Shown here piece after piece: positions 29,947 through 34,430 of a stretch of DNA of 34,430 nt (its first letter is position 1; each line of letters opens with the position of its first letter). The translations under genes and the position numbers were made by a program. Location: assembly GCA_021814805.1 (NCBI GenBank), contig JAKAHT010000003.1:8486-42915 (forward strand), given 5' to 3'. Under the pieces are notes generated by a model, which was not told the DNA's origin, did no database searches, and saw nothing but the letters and a program-made list of their open reading frames with translations. This DNA is from a bacterium. Its GTDB lineage: Bacteria; Patescibacteriota; Minisyncoccia; UBA6257; GWB1-50-10.

Positions 29947-30627
29947 ATGGCTCAAAAAATAAAACCAAATTCATACAGATTAGGCATAACCGTTCCTTGG
30001 TCATCGAGATGGTTTTTTAAGCGCCAAACCAAATTCTTCCTGGAAGAAGATCATTTGATAAGAGGGTTGGTAAAAAAGGAAATTCTTCAGTCTGGAGTGG
30101 ACGAGATAGAAATAGAAAGAGCTGGCGAGAACGTGCGGATAAACATTCGAGCTGCTAAGCCTGGACTTATCATAGGACGTGGCGGCAAAGGCATAGAAGA
30201 TTTGAAAAATAAAATAGTAAGGGCTGTAAAAAAACTCAGAAAGAAAAATAATATAACCCAGGGCCTGAATATCAATATAAATATAGAAGAACTCAAGAGA
30301 TTCGACGTATCGGCCAAAGTCATAGCCCAGCAGATAGCTTTTGATATAGAAAAAAGACTCCCTTACAGGAGAGTCATGAAGAAAAATCTGGAAACCATAA
30401 TGCAGACAAGGGGGGTCTTAGGAGCAAAAATAAAAATAGGTGGCCGGTTGGATGGGGCTGAAATTTCAAGGAGCGATTTTCTTTTGAAGGGAAAAATGCC
30501 GCTTTCGAGCTTGAGATCCAACATAGATTACGGAGAGGCTACTTCTTTCAACACTTACGGCACTGTGGGCATAAAGGTTTGGATATATAAAGGGGAAATT
30601 TTCGAAGAAAAGGAGAATAACAAATAG
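29947..30627 (+). CDS. rpsC: 30S ribosomal protein uS3
   Basis: QKIKP..YRLG, KPGLIIGRGG KH motif, GRLDGAEISR, YGTVGIKVWI. Confidence 0.98.
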   Translation: MAQKIKPNSYRLGITVPWSSRWFFKRQTKFFLEEDHLIRGLVKKEILQSGVDEIEIERAGENVRINIRAAKPGLIIGRGGKGIEDLKNKIVRAVKKLRKKNNITQGLNININIEELKRFDVSAKVIAQQIAFDIEKRLPYRRVMKKNLETIMQTRGVLGAKIKIGGRLDGAEISRSDFLLKGKMPLSSLRSNIDYGEATSFNTYGTVGIKVWIYKGEIFEEKENNK

Positions 30628-30630
30628 ACC

Positions 30631-31044
30631 ATGCTTTTACAACCCAAAAAACAAAAACATAGGAAACAGCAAAAAGGGCGTTCCAAAAAAAGGCAAAAGG
30701 AAACGAGAGGCCTTACTTTGAGTTTCGGCGCCTACGGTCTTCAAGCCAGAGAAGCCGCCTGGATAACCGGCCAACAAATAGAAGCTTGCCGTAAAGCTAT
30801 AGCCCATTCTTTGAAGAAAGGCGGCAAGAGCTGGGTAAGAATTTTCCCCGACAAACCGGTAACCAAACTTCCTCCGGAAGTGACTTTGGGAGGAGGAAAA
30901 GGAAATATAGATCATTATGTTTCGGTAGTCAGACCCGGACGGATACTTTTTGAGATAGACGGCGTGCCGAAAGAAACAGCTGAAAGGGCTTTAAGAATAG
31001 CCGGCCATAAGCTGCCGATAAAAACCAAGATAATCAATAAATAA
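30631..31044 (+). CDS. rplP: 50S ribosomal protein uL16
   Basis: LQPKK.KHRK, QIEACR, WVRIFPD, GRILFE, KLPIKT. Confidence 0.98.
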   Translation: MLLQPKKQKHRKQQKGRSKKRQKETRGLTLSFGAYGLQAREAAWITGQQIEACRKAIAHSLKKGGKSWVRIFPDKPVTKLPPEVTLGGGKGNIDHYVSVVRPGRILFEIDGVPKETAERALRIAGHKLPIKTKIINK

Positions 31045-31048
31045 GAAG

Positions 31049-31246
31049 ATGAGTAAAAAAGAATCAAAAAACTTAAAAGAACTTTCTTCTTTCGAGCTTC
31101 AAAAAGAACTCAGCAACGAGAAACAAAAGCTCGTGGATTTGAAATTTGATCTTTCAGCTGGTAAAGTAAAGAACATCAAAGAAGTCAAAAAAACCAAAAA
31201 AAGAGTGGCGCAGCTTTTAACGGCGCTCAATGCTCAAGAAAAATAA
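31049..31246 (+). CDS. rpmC: 50S ribosomal protein uL29
   Basis: 65-aa helical protein, L.DLKF...[10 protein letters not shown]; operon position. Confidence 0.92.
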   Translation: MSKKESKNLKELSSFELQKELSNEKQKLVDLKFDLSAGKVKNIKEVKKTKKRVAQLLTALNAQEK

Positions 31247-31247
31247 T

Positions 31248-31475
31248 ATGAGAAAATTAAGGGGAATTGTTGTTTCCGATAAAATGCAAAAGACCAGGAT
31301 TGTAGCCATCGAAACGATGAAGCAACATTCGCGTTATAAAAAATACTATAAGGTAACCAAGCGCTTTAAAGCCCACGACGAAAATAATGAATATAAAACT
31401 GGCGACAAGGTGACAATCAGCGAGACTAAACCGATGAGTAAAGACAAGAGATGGGTCATAGTAGAAAAAAATTAA
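31248..31475 (+). CDS. rpsQ: 30S ribosomal protein uS17
   Basis: [31 protein letters not shown]; start at 31248. Confidence 0.97.
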   Translation: MRKLRGIVVSDKMQKTRIVAIETMKQHSRYKKYYKVTKRFKAHDENNEYKTGDKVTISETKPMSKDKRWVIVEKN

Positions 31476-31481
31476 TTCAAG

Positions 31482-31853
31482 ATGATACAAGAACGTTCAA
31501 TATTAAAAGTAGCTGATAATTCAGGCGCCAAGATGGTGCGCTGTTTCAGGATTTTGGGCGGCAGCAAAAGAAGATACGCCCGCATAGGCGATGTCGTCAT
31601 AGCTTCAGTCCGCACGGCTGAACCGAGAAAGCAAATAAAGAAAAAAGACATCGTGAACATCCTTATAGTAAGACAAAAAGAGGCTTATAGAAGGAAGGAC
31701 GGTTCTTATGTCAGATTCAGCGATAACGCCGCCGTCATAATAGACAAGGACAAAAAGGAACCTAAAGCTACCAGAATTTTCGGTCCCGTGCCGAGAGAAA
31801 TAAAAGAAATGGGATATGATACCATAGCTTCCTTGGCTGAAGAACTGGTCTAA
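31482..31853 (+). CDS. rplN: 50S ribosomal protein uL14
   Basis: MIQ....VADNSGA, RFSDNAAVI, TRIFGPV. Confidence 0.99.
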   Translation: MIQERSILKVADNSGAKMVRCFRILGGSKRRYARIGDVVIASVRTAEPRKQIKKKDIVNILIVRQKEAYRRKDGSYVRFSDNAAVIIDKDKKEPKATRIFGPVPREIKEMGYDTIASLAEELV

Positions 31854-31857
31854 AAAT

Positions 31858-32163
31858 ATGAGAATAAAAAAAGGAGACAACGTTAAAATATTGACTGGAA
31901 AAGATTCCGGAAAAAGCGGCAAAGTCGTCAAGGTTTACAATTCGACGGGGAAACTCGTAGTCGAAGGGTTGAATTTATACAAAAAGCACGTGAGAGCTAA
32001 AACCCAAAACGAGAAGGGAGAAATAGTGGATGTACCGAGACCGATAAACGCCTCGAATGTTTTGATAATCTGCCCTTCTTGTCACAAAGCGGCAAGGATC
32101 GGTATGAAGACGAGCGGAGAAAAAAAAGAAAGATTCTGCCGAAAGTGCCAAGCTGTTTTATAA
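31858..32163 (+). CDS. rplX: 50S ribosomal protein uL24
   Basis: IKKGDNV..LTGKD.GK KOW motif, VEGLN, SNV; two CxxC pairs. Confidence 0.97.
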   Translation: MRIKKGDNVKILTGKDSGKSGKVVKVYNSTGKLVVEGLNLYKKHVRAKTQNEKGEIVDVPRPINASNVLIICPSCHKAARIGMKTSGEKKERFCRKCQAVL

Positions 32164-32167
32164 AAAT

Positions 32168-32653
32168 ATGGAAAATTTAATAAAACAAAACATAGAAAAA
32201 GTTGTGGTCTCGAGCGGACTCGGCAAAATGAGCCAGCAAGACCACTTTGAAGATAAAACGCTCGTCGAAATAGAAAACGAGCTCGGTTCCGTAACCGGCC
32301 AAAAACCCTCCCGAAGGCCGGCCAGGCTTTCCGTAGCAGGATTCAAAATAAGAGCCGGACAAATAATAGGCCTTAAGGTGACATTAAGAGGACAAAGAAT
32401 GGAAAATTTTTTGAATAAAGTCATAAATCTTTCCCTGCCCAGGGTTAAAGATTTCAGAGGATTGGACTTAAAGAACGTGGATAAGAACGGAAATTTAAAT
32501 ATCGGTTTCAAAGATCAAACCGTTTTCCCGGAGATAGAACTGGAAAAAACCAGAACCAATTTTGGGGTCCAGGTGACGGTCGTACCAAAAGTCAAAAATC
32601 GCGAGACGGCAATTGATTTATACCGCCGCCTTGGGGTACCATTGAAAAAGTAA
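32168..32653 (+). CDS. rplE: 50S ribosomal protein uL5 (N-terminally short)
   Basis: [40 protein letters not shown]. Confidence 0.97.
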   Translation: MENLIKQNIEKVVVSSGLGKMSQQDHFEDKTLVEIENELGSVTGQKPSRRPARLSVAGFKIRAGQIIGLKVTLRGQRMENFLNKVINLSLPRVKDFRGLDLKNVDKNGNLNIGFKDQTVFPEIELEKTRTNFGVQVTVVPKVKNRETAIDLYRRLGVPLKK

Positions 32654-32654
32654 T

Positions 32655-32840
32655 ATGGCCAAAACATCGACATTCGTAAGATCAAAAAAGAAACCCAAGT
32701 ATTCGACGAGAACGGTCAATCGCTGTTTTCGATGCGGACGGAAAAGAGGATATTTGAGAGATTTCAATTTATGTCGTATTTGCTTCAGGGAACTTGCGAG
32801 CAAGGGAGAAATACCCGGAGTAAAAAAAGCCAGCTGGTAA
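32655..32840 (+). CDS. rpsN: 30S ribosomal protein uS14, zinc-binding 61-aa type
   Basis: [26 protein letters not shown]. Confidence 0.98.
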   Translation: MAKTSTFVRSKKKPKYSTRTVNRCFRCGRKRGYLRDFNLCRICFRELASKGEIPGVKKASW

Positions 32841-32841
32841 T

Positions 32842-33213
32842 ATGTATATAGATTTAATCATAAAAATAAAAAACGCCGAAAATGCCAAGAAGGATATTTT
32901 AAAAACGCGTTATTCCAAAATGGATAAAGCGGTGATCGATATTCTGGAAAAGAAAGGATTCATTAAATCCTCCGAAGTTAAAGGCAAGGGCTACAAGAAA
33001 TACATTGAAATAAACCTTAACGGGAAAAGAAAGATACAGGGCTTAAAAATTTTAAGCAAGCCGTCAGTCAAAACTTATTCGGGTTACAAAGATATCAAAA
33101 GCGTCAAAAGCGGATTCGGAACTCTTGTTATGACGACTCCGAATGGGATACTGACCGGGTCGGAAGCCAAGAAAAACGGCGTAGGCGGGCAATTATTATT
33201 CGAAATCTGGTAA
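32842..33213 (+). CDS. rpsH: 30S ribosomal protein uS8
   Basis: D.IIKIKNA, L...GFI, SKPS...Y, TPNGIL, GVGGQ. Confidence 0.96.
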   Translation: MYIDLIIKIKNAENAKKDILKTRYSKMDKAVIDILEKKGFIKSSEVKGKGYKKYIEINLNGKRKIQGLKILSKPSVKTYSGYKDIKSVKSGFGTLVMTTPNGILTGSEAKKNGVGGQLLFEIW

Positions 33214-33220
33214 AAAGAAT

Positions 33221-33775
33221 ATGAGTAAAATAGGCAAACAACCGATAAAAATACCGAAAAGCGTTACCGTTTCAATAGATGACGACGGAGTTTTAGTGAA
33301 GGGTCCTAAAGGCGAAATAAGAGTTCCTTTATTGAACGGCGTTAAAGCGGTTATGGAAGAGGATACCTTAAATATATCCATAACTTCAAAAACAAAACAA
33401 ACTAAAAGCAACTGGGGCACAGAAAGAGCCTTGATACAAAACGCGGTTACAGGAACCGAATCGGAATTCGAAAAAAAGCTTATATTGGAAGGTGTCGGTT
33501 ACCGCGTCGTTAAAGAGGGAGAAAATCTTAGCTTAAATTTGGGCTTTTCTCATCCCGTTAAATACATCGCGCCCAAGGGCATAACCTTCGATGTGGAAAA
33601 AAATTCCATACTCAAGATAAAAGGAATAGACAAAGGACTGGTTGGAAAAGTGGCCGCCGACATAAGGCACATGAAAGAACCAGAGCCTTACAAAGGTAAG
33701 GGATTCAGGTATGAAAATGAAGTAATAAGGAGAAAAGCCGGTAAGAAAGCTGCCGGATCAACGTCCTCCTCATAA
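33221..33775 (+). CDS. rplF: 50S ribosomal protein uL6
   Basis: [34 protein letters not shown]. Confidence 0.99.
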   Translation: MSKIGKQPIKIPKSVTVSIDDDGVLVKGPKGEIRVPLLNGVKAVMEEDTLNISITSKTKQTKSNWGTERALIQNAVTGTESEFEKKLILEGVGYRVVKEGENLSLNLGFSHPVKYIAPKGITFDVEKNSILKIKGIDKGLVGKVAADIRHMKEPEPYKGKGFRYENEVIRRKAGKKAAGSTSSS

Positions 33776-33779
33776 AAAT

Positions 33780-34139
33780 ATGAAGAAGAAAAATATTTTA
33801 AATAAAATAAATAATAGGCGTTCCAGAAGAACCAGAATCAAATTGAGGAGCATAACTTCAAGGGTCAGGCTTTCCGTTTTTAGAAGCAATAACAATATCC
33901 ACGCTCAAATAATCGACGATTCCAAACAAAAAACATTGGTATCGGCTTCTTCTCTGGAAATCAAAGCTAAAGGAAAAGAAAATAAAACGGTAACAGCTGG
34001 CAAGGTAGGAAAAGCTTTGGCTGAAAAAGCCATGAAAGCTGGAATAAAGGAAGTTGTTTTCGATAAAGGTAAATACAAGTATCACGGCCGGGTAAAAGCT
34101 TTAGCCGAAGGAGCGAGGGAAGGCGGCTTGTCATTCTAA
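33780..34139 (+). CDS. rplR: 50S ribosomal protein uL18
   Basis: [19 protein letters not shown]...[19 protein letters not shown]. Confidence 0.98.
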   Translation: MKKKNILNKINNRRSRRTRIKLRSITSRVRLSVFRSNNNIHAQIIDDSKQKTLVSASSLEIKAKGKENKTVTAGKVGKALAEKAMKAGIKEVVFDKGKYKYHGRVKALAEGAREGGLSF

Positions 34140-34143
34140 TTTT

Positions 34144-34430
34144 ATGAACAATTATTCACACATAAAACCTAAAAAGAGCGAATTCCAGGAAAAAGTGCTG
34201 GAAATTAAAAGGGTTACAAGAGTCATGGCCGGAGGTAAAAGAATGAGCTTCCGGGCGACAGTCATATTGGGAGATAAAAAAGGGAAAGTCGGTCTCGGCA
34301 TAGGCAAGGGGCTCGACGTAGCCGCTTCGGTTGAAAAAGCCAAGAGGCAAGCCCAAAAAAACATGATAACCGTCAACCTTAAGGATAAAAGGACCATTCC
34401 TTACGAAATAGAAGAAAAATTCGATGCCGC
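34144..34430 (+). CDS. rpsE: 30S ribosomal protein uS5 (partial, runs off the window)
   Basis: Manual translation from ATG 34144: MNNYSHIKPKKSEFQEKVLEIKRVTRVMAGGKRMSFRATVILGDKKGKVGLGIGK...; absent from the ORF track because there is no stop in the window. Confidence 0.97.
   Translation, partial: MNNYSHIKPKKSEFQEKVLEIKRVTRVMAGGKRMSFRATVILGDKKGKVGLGIGKGLDVAASVEKAKRQAQKNMITVNLKDKRTIPYEIEEKFDA

Noticed and set aside
34144..34430. Absence of rpmD (uL30), a CPR hallmark
   Set aside because: Cannot be assessed because the window ends inside rpsE

Overview
Gene-dense housekeeping region of a bacterial chromosome using the standard code (TGA serves as stop). It most likely comes from a Patescibacteria/CPR (Parcubacteria-like) genome. 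That is an inference from the tandem-domain ThyX, truncated ATP synthase delta and epsilon, Lys-rich RpoD N-tail, minimal beta-carbonic anhydrase and scarcity of Shine-Dalgarno sequences. Gene order: groES-groEL-thyX; lemA-htpX-hypothetical-dedA; a minus-strand tRNA-Ser / nucleotidyltransferase / EEP phosphodiesterase unit; class IV aminotransferase plus DrrAB-type ABC exporter; atpBEFHAGDC; carbonic anhydrase; dnaG-rpoD; one orphan ORF; rpmB and tRNA-Pro; a membrane-anchored hypothetical; a site-2 protease; then the str, S10 and spc clusters (rpsL to partial rpsE). I see no mobile element, CRISPR array, intron or defence system, and no clear new multi-gene system. The best leads are small-scale: rpmB has its last four codons and stop inside tRNA-Pro; attenuator-like leaders precede atpB and rplC; several promoters imply leaderless mRNAs; uL3 has a large internal deletion; ATP synthase gamma has an insertion while epsilon lacks its inhibitory domain; and there is a DedA / sphingomyelinase-like cluster and an orphan with the only clear GGAGG ribosome-binding site I saw. 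All comparisons to reference proteins are from memory and no searches were run.
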